From: Omnitrophica bacterium GWA2_41_15
GTDB lineage: Bacteria; Omnitrophota; Gorgyraeia; Gygaellales; Profunditerraquicolaceae
Assembly (NCBI GenBank): GCA_919901915.1
Contig: CAKKQB010000013.1
Span: 1-58,262 of the forward strand
Direction of reading: 5' to 3'
Length of the DNA stretch: 58,262 bases
Notes under the pieces: model-generated
What the model saw: the letters and a program-made list of their open reading frames with translations, nothing else
What the model was told of the DNA's origin: nothing
Databases searched by the model: none
In this document: positions 27,614 through 37,396 of the stretch, piece after piece
How the letters are laid out: the number at the start of each line of letters is the position of its first letter
Numbering within the stretch: position 1 is the first letter of the stretch
Made by a program: the position numbers and the translations under genes

Positions 27614-27654
27614 AAAAAGTGACAGTCACAAAAGGCGTGACAGTCACTTTTTTT
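27614..27654. terminator. hairpin aaaaagtgacagtcac-aaaaggc-gtgacagtcacttttttt, copy B
   Basis: Same sequence as copy A in direct orientation, on the other side of ybaB. Confidence 0.6.
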
Positions 27655-27679
27655 GCCTTTTTTGACGGGTTTAACCTAC

Positions 27680-28183
27680 TCATCTGTATTTTTCATCTGT
27701 GTTAATTTGTGTTCCAATCAAATTCTTATATTCTTCATCAGGAAAATAATTCTCCTCATAAACTATCCTGCCATCCTTATTGATAATAATATAAGTTGGC
27801 ACGCCCATTAGATTAAACGAACGGGCGACCGAAGTATCTTTATCCAAAAAAATCGGGCATGCCACAGGAGAATTCTTAAGAAAGCGCTCTAACTGGCTCC
27901 GTGACTCTCCCACATTAATAGCTAATAATTTCACATTATCTTTTGCCAGAGAAACATACCTGTCATTAAGCAATTTTAATCCTTTCACGCAAAACGGACA
28001 CCACGTTGTCCAAAAAAACAAAAATACAAACTGTTTACCTTTAAAGCTATTTAAGGTAATTTTATTCCCGCGCGTATCCTCTAATTCAAAATTCCGGGCA
28101 AAAGATAAACTTTGGGCTGACACGCGGGAAAAAGATAAAAAAACAACCAACGCGATTATAAAACTTTTTTTACAAATTTTCAC
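27680..28183 (-). CDS. TlpA-family thiol:disulfide oxidoreductase (thioredoxin fold)
   Basis: 167 aa. Signal peptide and WCPFC active site. Confidence 0.85.
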   Translation of the reverse strand: MKICKKSFIIALVVFLSFSRVSAQSLSFARNFELEDTRGNKITLNSFKGKQFVFLFFWTTWCPFCVKGLKLLNDRYVSLAKDNVKLLAINVGESRSQLERFLKNSPVACPIFLDKDTSVARSFNLMGVPTYIIINKDGRIVYEENYFPDEEYKNLIGTQINTDEKYR

Positions 28184-28184
28184 T

Positions 28185-28853
28185 TTATAATCTCCTTAAA
28201 CCCATAACGATGAAATAAACCCCCATACCCATAAGTACAAAAGAGCAAAGTCTCTTTATATACAACATCCATTTACCTAATTTAGGAAAACTAAGCAATA
28301 CCGAACTGAATGCCCCAATTAAAATCAGGATGAGGCCCATTCCATAAGCAAAACTAAACAATAGGGTGATTCCGTATAAAAAATCTTTTTTTACAACCAA
28401 ATAAACTAATATTGATCCGAGCACAGGCGTCAGGCACGGGGAGGCTATCAAACCAGAAAGCATACCTAATATAAACGCGCTAAGGTATCCTTTTCTCTTA
28501 AACGCCGGACTTTTAACTATATTAAACAAAGAGAACGAAAATAAATCCAACATAGACAAGCCAAACAAAATAATCAAACTCCCCACAACAATATAAGTCA
28601 ACGGGTGCGAACTAATACTGCCAAAAATTGTTCCGGTAAGAGATGCTGTTAACCCTAAAATAGAATAAACAATCGCGATACCGGTAACGTAAACTAAACT
28701 TAAAATTAGACCTTTAATCCTTGAGCCTCCTGCTTCTATCCCGATAAAACTAGCGCTAATCGGAATAAGCGGATAAACACAAGGAGTAAAACTCATTAAA
28801 ACTCCGCCTAAAAACGCGGCAAAATAATCAATGTGATTACCTAAGGGATTCAT
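28185..28853 (-). CDS. ccdA: cytochrome c biogenesis / thiol-disulfide electron transfer membrane protein CcdA (DsbD family)
   Basis: 222 aa, polytopic. Conserved TPCVYP and SPC motifs. Confidence 0.9.
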   Translation of the reverse strand: MNPLGNHIDYFAAFLGGVLMSFTPCVYPLIPISASFIGIEAGGSRIKGLILSLVYVTGIAIVYSILGLTASLTGTIFGSISSHPLTYIVVGSLIILFGLSMLDLFSFSLFNIVKSPAFKRKGYLSAFILGMLSGLIASPCLTPVLGSILVYLVVKKDFLYGITLLFSFAYGMGLILILIGAFSSVLLSFPKLGKWMLYIKRLCSFVLMGMGVYFIVMGLRRL

Positions 28854-29148
28854 CTATCCACTTTAAATACTGCCTTGAGCCGCTAGCTATGGGCAAGGCA
28901 ATTATCTCCGGAACTTCATAACTATGCATAGACTTAACTAATTTGATAATTTTGTTTAATTTCTGTTTTTTTGATTTTATAACCAAAAGCGCCTCGGACG
29001 CAGAATCAATCTTTCCTTGCCACCAAAAAAAAGATTCTACCCCACCGACAATATTAACGCAGGCAGCTAATTTATTCTTTAAGAGTGCCCTGGCAATACG
29101 TTCTGCTTCATTTTTGTTTGAGGCAGTTATAAAAATAACTATGTACAT
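28837..29148 (-). CDS. cutA: divalent-cation tolerance protein CutA
   Basis: 103 aa from the ATG at 29148 (MYIVIFITASNKNEAERIA..LAACVNI...YEVPEI). The upstream ORF-track extension translates MITE sequence. Confidence 0.85.
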   Translation of the reverse strand: MYIVIFITASNKNEAERIARALLKNKLAACVNIVGGVESFFWWQGKIDSASEALLVIKSKKQKLNKIIKLVKSMHSYEVPEIIALPIASGSRQYLKWIDESLR

Positions 29149-29175
29149 AACGCGTCTCCCTGAATAACTTTTTTT

Positions 29176-29415
29176 GGTCCTTTCGTATTTAAGATAATAA
29201 GCGTAGATATAGTTTACGTAAATATCTGGGCGGGCAAGCCCGCCCCTACGGGTCGTTACATAGCCCCTGTAAATCGCCGCGTAGGGGCGGGCTTGCCCGC
29301 CCAAATACCACGGGCCCATTGCATCGTCCCGATAAATCGCCGCGTAGGGGCGGGCTTGCCCGCCCTTTATTAATTATTAATCCGAGACTATGTCCACAAT
29401 AAATACGAAAGAACC
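29176..29415. mobile_element. MITE (240 bp) with GGTCCTTTCGTATTTA / AAATACGAAAGAACC terminal inverted repeats and three GC hairpins
   Basis: The two ~72-bp end modules are inverted copies of one another. Flanks cttttttt (29168-29175) and cttctttt (29416-29423) match 7 of 8. Confidence 0.65.
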
Positions 29416-29429
29416 CTTCTTTTACATCA

Positions 29430-29765
29430 TTAAGGGACAGCTTTCGTTGCAACCTCATCTATCTTTATCTCCCTTATTCTTCCGAATTGAGAACACACAT
29501 CAAATATAATTGTGGGCTCATCCGTAGAAAGCGAAATTTTATAATTTTCGCCCTTTTCACCAGTATCCTGACAATCCACAGGCCGCAAGGCAGTGGCTTG
29601 ACCTGTTTTAGCCAAATCCACAGACTCGAGGGTAATAGCTTCCTGGCTTTCTTTAACCGAAGCCGCAATTGCTAAAACATCGGAAAATTCAGCAAGATAA
29701 TTCTTTATTGTCTCGACAGAAGAAACGTAAGTATGTAAAATAAATTCCAAGTGGTATTTTTGCAT
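29430..29765 (-). CDS. hypothetical protein
   Basis: 111-aa ORF in the operon with pgeF. No recognisable motif. The N-terminus only vaguely resembles small alpha/beta ferredoxin-like proteins. Confidence 0.45.
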   Translation of the reverse strand: MQKYHLEFILHTYVSSVETIKNYLAEFSDVLAIAASVKESQEAITLESVDLAKTGQATALRPVDCQDTGEKGENYKISLSTDEPTIIFDVCSQFGRIREIKIDEVATKAVP

Positions 29766-29769
29766 AAGT

Positions 29770-30531
29770 TCACTTACGAAGCATGATCACGGAAAGCATC
29801 CTCGCGCAGCCAGGGCCTTCCTTACGATATGAAAAAAAGTCGCTCAAGCGGCAAGATGTACAGAGCTGGGAATCAAAAATATTTTCTTCCCTGACTCCTA
29901 ATTCCAAAGCCTGCCTTTTGTTCACCCCCATTAAATCAAAATAATAATGAGTATCCCTCTTTTCTAAACCAAAAGAGAAATACTCATTAAAATCCTCCCC
30001 AACCTCATAACAACAACTTTTTATAGCCGGCCCAAAAGCCAAACATAAATTAGAAATCTTTGTATTAAACTTCTCCCGCATTAAACGTATAGTCTTTACA
30101 ATGATTCTTTCCCTGGAGCCTCGCCAACCAGCATGAACCAAACCAATAGCGCTAACCGCGTAATCAAACAAAAATACAGGCAAACAGTCCGCGGTAAACA
30201 TAGCCAGCGGTAAATTTTTTCTATCAGTAATCAGCGCGTCTGTATCGTCAAGCGCGGTTTTATAACTTAACGCGCCAGAGCCAATTTGATTTTCCGTAAC
30301 AAATCTTGCATTGCTTCCATGAACCTGCTTCGCGCAAACAAGGTCTTTATAATTCACCTCTAAACCTAACAGAAAATCACGGCGGTTATTTAAAAATTCT
30401 TCCCCCTGATATTTTGTATCAAGCGTATCCGCGCGGCATAAAGACATATCTTTAAAATGGCGCGAACTGAAAGCGCAAACAAGATTTGGAGAGCTCAAAT
30501 TTTTAAATGGAAAAAACTCTTTTGAAATCAT
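29770..30531 (-). CDS. pgeF: peptidoglycan editing factor PgeF (YfiH / laccase-domain, Cu-oxidase_4 family)
   Basis: 253 aa. Motifs QVHGS, TADCLPV, HAGWRG and a C-terminal C..C. Confidence 0.9.
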   Translation of the reverse strand: MISKEFFPFKNLSSPNLVCAFSSRHFKDMSLCRADTLDTKYQGEEFLNNRRDFLLGLEVNYKDLVCAKQVHGSNARFVTENQIGSGALSYKTALDDTDALITDRKNLPLAMFTADCLPVFLFDYAVSAIGLVHAGWRGSRERIIVKTIRLMREKFNTKISNLCLAFGPAIKSCCYEVGEDFNEYFSFGLEKRDTHYYFDLMGVNKRQALELGVREENIFDSQLCTSCRLSDFFSYRKEGPGCARMLSVIMLRK

Positions 30532-30569
30532 TGGAACAATAAGCCGTTTTTTATCCGTTTCTGAAAGGA

Positions 30570-32396
30570 CTATCCCTTTCTGCCAGATTCAATATTAAGT
30601 TTTCTAATCTCTTTGTTGATCCTATGCCTTAATAAATCTTCCAGTAAAATCGGGATAGTTAATGACCAGTTTTTGTCGCTTACAATTCCAGGCATATTAA
30701 AGCGGTAAGCAAAAGAAGGCTCCTTAAAAATATCACTAAGATATAATAAATCTATAATTGTATTTATGCAGAATATAGCGCTTGAAGATAGGTTAGCTTT
30801 TAACGCGGTCCTGACAATTTCAGCGTCAGATTCCTCACGCATCGGCCCAGATATTTTCAAACACTTCCAGAGTTTCTCTTTTTCCCGATACGTATTTTCA
30901 TACATCTCTATAAAATCACCCACATCAGTCCTCATTTTACCCAATTGCCAAAGTAACTTGTCCACTGAATCAATATCGTCTTTCCAGCGCAGCCTTCCAT
31001 GCCGGTAGCGCGAAAGGTCAAACAACTCATACCTAACTCGGTTATAATCTATACCGCGCTCAACGCACTTTCTGGCAAATAAAACCTCATCCACCGTGCC
31101 AGCCTCATTTTCCCACCAACTCGCCCAGTTCGTCGTATCATGAGTAGAAAGCATCGCCACGGAAATCAAACGATATTCATCGACCGCGAGAAAATCGTGC
31201 CGAACACTCCAATCTTTAACCCAACGCTGCACATCATTACCCGCGATTCCTAATTCTTTTAAGGTATCCGTGCAAACCTTGGGTATCACGCCTAAATCCT
31301 CGGCGCACAAAAGCATATCCGTGCTATTAAGCATAACACGCAATAAATTTCTTCCTTGCTCTAACCATAAATTCCCATCCCCGGGGTCAAAAAATCCATT
31401 TAGGCCTTTATTTTCCAACGGCTCTTCGCGAGGAATGCTCCAGATACGAAAAAGCCCCACCACATGATCAACCCTTAATATGTCATAAAAGTTCTGCGCG
31501 TATTTTAACTTTTCCTTAACATACCTATACCCATCAAAAGCGATGTTCTTCCAATTATACGTAGGCATGCCCCACCGCTGGCCCTTAGCGCAATACATAT
31601 CCGGCGGAGCGCCGCTGGCAAACTCAAGTTTAAAAAAGTATGGGTGCTGCCAAACATCCGCGCTGTCATGGGAAACTAAAATAGGAAGGTCTCCTTTTAT
31701 CAAAACGTTCTTAGTAGCCGCGTACGCCTTTACTTCCTTAAGCTGTTCATAAAGAAGCCATTGAATCCACATTTCAAAATTAATCTCTTTGACATGCTCT
31801 TTTTGAAAATTCTCCAATGCCTGCTTATCGCGATTTTTATATCTAGGCTCCCACTCATACCAGGGAGAACCTTTACAATAATTCTTAAGCGCTTTAAAAA
31901 GCACGAAATCAGGCAGCCAATACACATTTTCTTCCTTAAATTTTTTAAACTCTGCCGACTCTTTATCTGAATCATAAAAATAAATCTCCCAAAGAAGCCT
32001 AAGCTTTTCTTTCTTAATCCCATATTTTACATAAGGCCTCCCCGCAGGAAACCCTGATTTTAACTTTTTTATATCAGCGCCAATAGACTCTTTTGCCTTC
32101 TGCGGCCAAAGACGAATATAAACCGGCTCCAGGGCAAATGAGCTCATTGAGTCATAAGGACAAAAAAGCCAGTCAACTTCATTTATCGGTAAGAGCTGGA
32201 TTATGGAATTACCCGTCTGAACGCACCAATCTACAAGAAGCTTTAGATCTAAAAATTCACCCACCCCAACGCTCTCTTTTGAATAAATAGAAAACAAGGG
32301 GGCTAATACCCCCGCTCTTTTTTTTATCCCGATTATTTTCCATTTATCATAAGAGTCGGTATTTAATAAATACTCACTAAGAATTGATTGTGTCAT
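30570..32396 (-). CDS. malQ: 4-alpha-glucanotransferase (GH77 amylomaltase)
   Basis: 608 aa. GH77 motifs RVDHVVGLFRIW, GDLP and AEDLG. Confidence 0.9.
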   Translation of the reverse strand: MTQSILSEYLLNTDSYDKWKIIGIKKRAGVLAPLFSIYSKESVGVGEFLDLKLLVDWCVQTGNSIIQLLPINEVDWLFCPYDSMSSFALEPVYIRLWPQKAKESIGADIKKLKSGFPAGRPYVKYGIKKEKLRLLWEIYFYDSDKESAEFKKFKEENVYWLPDFVLFKALKNYCKGSPWYEWEPRYKNRDKQALENFQKEHVKEINFEMWIQWLLYEQLKEVKAYAATKNVLIKGDLPILVSHDSADVWQHPYFFKLEFASGAPPDMYCAKGQRWGMPTYNWKNIAFDGYRYVKEKLKYAQNFYDILRVDHVVGLFRIWSIPREEPLENKGLNGFFDPGDGNLWLEQGRNLLRVMLNSTDMLLCAEDLGVIPKVCTDTLKELGIAGNDVQRWVKDWSVRHDFLAVDEYRLISVAMLSTHDTTNWASWWENEAGTVDEVLFARKCVERGIDYNRVRYELFDLSRYRHGRLRWKDDIDSVDKLLWQLGKMRTDVGDFIEMYENTYREKEKLWKCLKISGPMREESDAEIVRTALKANLSSSAIFCINTIIDLLYLSDIFKEPSFAYRFNMPGIVSDKNWSLTIPILLEDLLRHRINKEIRKLNIESGRKG

Positions 32397-33211
32397 CTTA
32401 TCGCCACTCCCAAAATTAGCTGAATTATTTTATCCGCCCAAAATATTAAAACAAGAGCAGCCAAAGACAAAAACGGACCATAAGGTATGGTATGGTCTTT
32501 TTTTGTCAAAAGATACGTTACGCCAACAACTATACCAAAAAATGGCGCGATAAAAAACACCAACAGCGCCTTCTGCCAACCTAAGAACGCGCCAATCATC
32601 GCGAGCAACTTTACATCCCCGCCCCCCATAGATTCAGTTTCTCCCTGAATAGGCGGCTTTTTAAGAAGCCTAAAATAAACCAAATCAAAAATAACGCCGC
32701 TAAAATAAATTATTCCACCGCCAATAAATATCCCTAAAAAAGAATTAAACAGCGGCTGATAGCTCCAAGCCGCAGGTTTCAGGCTTAATCCCTTAACCGC
32801 GCTTAATATAAAACCCGCGGCCAGGCCGCCAATAGAAATCTCGTCAGGAATAATACGGTGCTGAATATCTATAAAAGAGGCTATGATAAGGCTGGAAGCC
32901 AAGATTATATAAAAAAACAAATCGTAACTTAGCCCGCAATGGACAAATAACATTACAAATATTACCGCGGTCAACAATTCAACCAAAGGATACCTTAAAG
33001 ATATCCTTTGTTTACAAAAACGGCACTTTCCTCTTAATAAAAGATAGCTCAAAAACGGAATATTATCGTAAACAGGTATTCTTTTTTTGCAGTTCGGGCA
33101 ATGGGAAGAAGGCCAAACCACGGATTCACCCTGTGGCATTCTGCAAATACAGACATTAAGAAAACTCCCGACGATAGAACCAAAAATAAATGCCGCAATT
33201 TTTTCAATCAT
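32393..33211 (-). CDS. pilD: prepilin peptidase (A24 family, with N-terminal zinc-binding methyltransferase-region cysteines)
   Basis: 272 aa. CPNC...CRFC, catalytic Asp context GGGDVKL, polytopic. Confidence 0.9.
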   Translation of the reverse strand: MIEKIAAFIFGSIVGSFLNVCICRMPQGESVVWPSSHCPNCKKRIPVYDNIPFLSYLLLRGKCRFCKQRISLRYPLVELLTAVIFVMLFVHCGLSYDLFFYIILASSLIIASFIDIQHRIIPDEISIGGLAAGFILSAVKGLSLKPAAWSYQPLFNSFLGIFIGGGIIYFSGVIFDLVYFRLLKKPPIQGETESMGGGDVKLLAMIGAFLGWQKALLVFFIAPFFGIVVGVTYLLTKKDHTIPYGPFLSLAALVLIFWADKIIQLILGVAIR

Positions 33212-34038
33212 AATTTTAAAGCCTCCCTCATTACTTCAACGGGCGCCTCTTTCCCGGTCCAATGCTTAAAAGCCAGCGCTCCTTGATATAAAAGCATTCC
33301 TAAACCGTTAGATACCACGCAACCTTTTGACTTTGCCAACTTCAACAGCTTTGTTTCCGGGGGATTATAGATTAAATCATAAACCAAGGGTTTCTTACGC
33401 GTAAAACCTTCTTTGACTAAACACGAGTCGGCCTCTTTCATTCCTATGGGAGAGGCATTAATTAATAGATCGGATGTTTCTATGCCAAGCCCTTCTATGG
33501 AACAAGACTGCCTAAATTCTATAGCGCTAAAACATTCTTTTAAATGTTTAACTAAATTCCCTGCCTTAGCCACATCTGAATCAAAAAAAGATATTCTTTT
33601 TGGCTTTTCTTTACTTAAATAAATTCCAACTGCCCTTGATGCCCCTCCCGCGCCAATAATAGCAATGCTTTTACCTTTAGGATTAAAACCTAGAGATAAT
33701 TTGATATGCCTTAAAAATCCCTCTCCATCTGTATTAAAACCCTCTAAACTGCCTTGATTAACCTTGACTGTATTTACCGCGCCGATTAGTTTAGCTTCAG
33801 GAGATATTTTATCAAGAAAAGCCATAACCTTTTCCTTATACGGAATAGTTACATTTAAACCGAAAATATTATTTTTTTTTAAACCCGCGAAAAAAACTTT
33901 CAGCTCATCTTCTTTCAAAGAAAATAATCTATACGCGGCATTTATTTTTAAAGCCTTAAATGCCGCGTTATGCATTCGGGGAGAAAGGCTATGTTCTACA
34001 GGATAACCAACCAATCCAAATATCTTAGGTGGAATCAT
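33208..34038 (-). CDS. aroE: shikimate dehydrogenase
   Basis: 276 aa. HSLSP..HN, NVTIP.K and GAGGA Rossmann motifs. Confidence 0.9.
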   Translation of the reverse strand: MIPPKIFGLVGYPVEHSLSPRMHNAAFKALKINAAYRLFSLKEDELKVFFAGLKKNNIFGLNVTIPYKEKVMAFLDKISPEAKLIGAVNTVKVNQGSLEGFNTDGEGFLRHIKLSLGFNPKGKSIAIIGAGGASRAVGIYLSKEKPKRISFFDSDVAKAGNLVKHLKECFSAIEFRQSCSIEGLGIETSDLLINASPIGMKEADSCLVKEGFTRKKPLVYDLIYNPPETKLLKLAKSKGCVVSNGLGMLLYQGALAFKHWTGKEAPVEVMREALKL

Positions 34039-34042
34039 ACAT

Positions 34043-34095
34043 CCGTAGCTCGTATCTCGTATCTCGCTACGAGCTACGAGCTACGAGATACGAAC
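34043..34095. repeat. heptamer-word hairpin (cgtatct / cgagcta words)
   Basis: ccgtagctcgtatctcgtatctcg followed by ctacgagctacgagctacgagatacgaac. Confidence 0.7.
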
Positions 34096-34101
34096 TCCTA
34101 T

Positions 34102-35601
34102 CTAGCTTAATTTATTAATCGCATCCAAATACGCCCGAACACTAGCCTCAATAATATCAGTACTTAAACCGCGGCCGCTTATAATCCTATCTTCAATATT
34201 AAACTTAAGGCTTACCTGGCCCAAGGCATCTTCCCCGGAAGTAACTGACTCCAGGCGGTAATCTTCCAATTTTCCCTTACATCCAACAATCTTATCTATT
34301 GCCTTAAAACAGGCATCAACCGGGCCATCGCCAAAACTTGTTTCAGTTAAGGTCTTACCTTTTTTATTAAGAATAACGGTTGCCTCCGGCTTAATCTTTG
34401 TGCCGGAATGAACCTCAAAACTATTTAATTCCCAAACAGGGCTCACAATTCTTTTTTCCTCCTCAACAATCGTCCTTAAATCATCATCAAAAATATCTTT
34501 CTTCTTATCCGCGATTTCCTTAAATCGTTCAAAGGCCTTATTCAATTGTTCCTGTGTCAAACAAAATCCCAAAGATTTAAGCCTATCATCAAACGCGTGC
34601 CGGCCAGAATGCTTGCCTAAAACTAACTGGCTCTCCGGTATGCCCACATCAGCCGGATTCATTATTTCATAGGTAATTCTTTTCTTTAATATCGCGTCCT
34701 GATGAATTCCTGCTTCATGACGAAAAGCATTCCTGCCAACTATCGCCTTGTTAGGAGCAACAACAAAATCTGTAATACTGGAAACTAAACGCGATATCCT
34801 AAAAAGTTCTTTAGTATTCACTTGGGTATAAAGGCCCTTAAAAGCGTCTTTGCGCGTCTTTATAGCCATAACTACTTCTTCTAATGACGCGTTTCCGGCG
34901 CGCTCTCCTATCCCATTTATCGTGCAATGCGCTTGACGGGCGCCTGCCAAAACCGCGGAAAGAGAATTCGCGGCTGCCATCCCCAAATCATCATGGCAAT
35001 GGATAGAAATCACCGCTTTATTTATATTTGGAACATTATTTTTTATATCTGTAATCAGAGAAAAAATCTCCTGCGGATAACTGTATCCGACAGTATCCGG
35101 AATATTAATAGTCCTTGCACCCTCTTTTATAACTGCCTCAATAACCCTAAAAAGAAACGGCCGCTCTGAACGCGTGGCGTCTTCCGGAGAAAATTCAATA
35201 TCAGAACAAATCTTCCGCGACATCCTTGTCGCTTGTTTTGCTAATTCCAATATTTCATCTTCGGGTTTTTTAAATTTATATTTGAGGTGTATTTTTGAAG
35301 TAGCCAGGAATATATGCAGGCGCGGATGCTTTGCGCGTTTAAGAGAATCACCTGCTATTTCAATATCTTGTTTTATACAGCGGGCCAAACCACAGACTAT
35401 GCACTTCTTTATATTCCGAGAAACCAGCTCTACCGCTTTAAAATCACCGGGCGAGGCAACAGGAAATCCCGCCTCAATCACATCAACGCCCAGCTTTTCC
35501 AATTGAAGGGCAACCTCCAATTTTTGCTCAGGCGTCATCGACGCCCCCGGCGCCTGCTCTCCGTCACGTAAAGTTGTATCAAAAATTATTATCTTTTCCA
35601 T
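34102..35601 (-). CDS. leuA: 2-isopropylmalate synthase (citramalate synthase not excluded)
   Basis: 499 aa. FDTTLRDGEQAPGASMT, HCHDDLG and a C-terminal LeuA dimerisation/regulatory domain. Confidence 0.85.
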   Translation of the reverse strand: MEKIIIFDTTLRDGEQAPGASMTPEQKLEVALQLEKLGVDVIEAGFPVASPGDFKAVELVSRNIKKCIVCGLARCIKQDIEIAGDSLKRAKHPRLHIFLATSKIHLKYKFKKPEDEILELAKQATRMSRKICSDIEFSPEDATRSERPFLFRVIEAVIKEGARTINIPDTVGYSYPQEIFSLITDIKNNVPNINKAVISIHCHDDLGMAAANSLSAVLAGARQAHCTINGIGERAGNASLEEVVMAIKTRKDAFKGLYTQVNTKELFRISRLVSSITDFVVAPNKAIVGRNAFRHEAGIHQDAILKKRITYEIMNPADVGIPESQLVLGKHSGRHAFDDRLKSLGFCLTQEQLNKAFERFKEIADKKKDIFDDDLRTIVEEEKRIVSPVWELNSFEVHSGTKIKPEATVILNKKGKTLTETSFGDGPVDACFKAIDKIVGCKGKLEDYRLESVTSGEDALGQVSLKFNIEDRIISGRGLSTDIIEASVRAYLDAINKLS

Positions 35602-35608
35602 AATATTC

Positions 35609-35680
35609 AGCGTTTAGCGGATAGCGGATAGCATATAGTTTTAAATCTTTTTCTTTATCTTTTCCTATCCGCTCTACGCT
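35609..35680. repeat. heptamer-word hairpin (agcggat words)
   Basis: agcgtttagcggatagcggatagcatatag, then an AT-rich loop, then ctatccgctctacgct. The right arm touches the ilvC stop codon. Confidence 0.65.
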
Positions 35681-36671
35681 ATTTCTTCATCCAAGGCATC
35701 ATCTCGCGCAGTTGCTTTCCAACCTGCTCTATTTGATGCTCGTCGCCTTCTTTTAGTAATCTATCAAAATTCGGCCTGCCGTCTTCGTTTTCCTTAATCC
35801 ATTCCTTGGCGAATTTACCTTTCTGAATTTCCTTCAAAATTTTCTTCATTTCTTTTCTAGTCTTTTCCGTAATTATTCTTTTGCCTCTGGTCAAATCTCC
35901 GTAACAGGCGGTATTAGAAACCCTGCGGCGCATACCTGATATTCCTGTCTCCTGTACAAGGTCGGTAATGAGCTTTAGCTCATGTAAAACTTCAAAATAA
36001 GCAATCTCCGATTGATACCCTGCCTCAATTAAAGTATCGAAACCAGCTTTAATTAATTCGGTTACGCCGCCGCAAAGAACAGCCTGTTCGCCAAATAAAT
36101 CCGTCTCGGTTTCCTCTTTAAAGTTTGTCTCAATAACACCCATACGAGTTCCACCAATAGCTTTAGCGTAAGCAAGCCCGATAGCCTTGGCATTACCGGT
36201 AGCATCCTGATAAACCGCGATTAAACACGGAACGCCTTTACCCTCCTCATACATCCGGCGCACTAACGCGCCCGGGCCTTTAGGAGCCACCATAAATATG
36301 TCTACTTTCTTAGGCGGTTTTATCTGTTTAAAATGAATATTAAAACCGTGCGAAAAACAAAGGGCCTTGCCTTTTTTTAAATTTGGCTTAATGCTTTCAT
36401 TATAGACTTTTGCCTGCACATGGTCCTGTGTTAAGATCTGGATAATATCCGCGGATTTTGCCGCTTCAGCCGCGCTCACCGGAGTAAATCCATCCTGTTT
36501 GGCCTGTTCGAAATTAACCGTCCCCTCCATCTCTGAAACCACTACCTTTACCCCTGAATCACGCAAGCACAATGCCTGACCCCTGCCCTGAATACCATAC
36601 CCAATAATCGCGATTGTCTTATCCTTTAATAAACCTAAATCCGCGTCCTGATCATAATAAATCTTTGCCAT
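35679..36671 (-). CDS. ilvC: ketol-acid reductoisomerase (class I)
   Basis: 330 aa. GYG.QG NADP motif and typical KARI C-terminal knotted domain. Confidence 0.95.
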   Translation of the reverse strand: MAKIYYDQDADLGLLKDKTIAIIGYGIQGRGQALCLRDSGVKVVVSEMEGTVNFEQAKQDGFTPVSAAEAAKSADIIQILTQDHVQAKVYNESIKPNLKKGKALCFSHGFNIHFKQIKPPKKVDIFMVAPKGPGALVRRMYEEGKGVPCLIAVYQDATGNAKAIGLAYAKAIGGTRMGVIETNFKEETETDLFGEQAVLCGGVTELIKAGFDTLIEAGYQSEIAYFEVLHELKLITDLVQETGISGMRRRVSNTACYGDLTRGKRIITEKTRKEMKKILKEIQKGKFAKEWIKENEDGRPNFDRLLKEGDEHQIEQVGKQLREMMPWMKK

Positions 36672-36732
36672 TTACTTCACTCCTTTCGTAATACGCGTTA
36701 CTGATTCTGTTAAATTACAATACACTTATTAT

Positions 36733-36913
36733 CTCAATCAGACTGTGTCGCAATTCCACTTTCGTATCATTGCGAAGCCTCCGAAGGAAGCCGCGGCGAC
36801 CGAAGCCGACCGAGGGCAGGATTGCCCGAGGAAATGCCACGCCCAACTGGGCTCGGCCAATCTTGTTTCGACGGAGAACATTAAAAAGATTCCTCACTTC
36901 GTTCGGAATGACA
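36733..36913. repeat. family B palindromic element (181 bp, degenerate left end)
   Basis: cagactgtgtcgcaattcc...tatcattgcgaag...cgttcggaatgaca. Homologous to 2694-2812 and 38166-38265. Confidence 0.55.
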
Positions 36914-36967
36914 CGTATTTTGCCATTGCAACACAGCCTCAATGACACCAAAAACCTTGTTTTGGAT

Positions 36968-37396
36968 TTATTGTTTTTCCCTTTCTAAAATTTTGGTTGT
37001 GAATTTACAAATAATGGGCATCGTGTTCACAAATGTAACAATCGCCTGCCAGCGAAAATTAAGATAACGATGGGCAAGCCGATTTCTTTGGATAGCTAAT
37101 TTTGCCAAAGCTTCCTGTTCCTCTACAGAAAAATCTAACCTTTTAGCGCATTCACTTAAAATCTGGGCATAATTTTCTACAGGAATGTTCTCTTGAGTAA
37201 GAATCGCGCCGCATATCTCAATAAGGGCAATGAGGATATTTTCCACTGTACGATCTATCAATTTTTGTAATTTCTTATCCCCCTGGTAATCCTTTAAAGT
37301 TTTAGAAATATAATCCTCTTGGAACTCTTTTATTTCGCCGGCAATAAATTGTAATGATTCAGAAATTCTTCCCTTAGCATATTTAAATTCTGCCAT
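36968..37396 (-). CDS. hepT: HepT-like (DUF86, HEPN-domain) toxin
   Basis: 142 aa. RNRLAHRY matches the HEPN R-x4-H-x-Y motif. Overlaps the upstream nucleotidyltransferase gene by 14 nt. Confidence 0.85.
   Translation of the reverse strand: MAEFKYAKGRISESLQFIAGEIKEFQEDYISKTLKDYQGDKKLQKLIDRTVENILIALIEICGAILTQENIPVENYAQILSECAKRLDFSVEEQEALAKLAIQRNRLAHRYLNFRWQAIVTFVNTMPIICKFTTKILEREKQ

Noticed and set aside
36676-36700. tcctttcgtaatac as a left terminal repeat that would make 36682-38128 a composite transposon carrying mntA-hepT
   Set aside because: Only 12 of 17 positions match the MITE terminus. The sequence is the reverse complement of the ilvC ribosome-binding site (gaaaggag), so the resemblance is probably coincidental.
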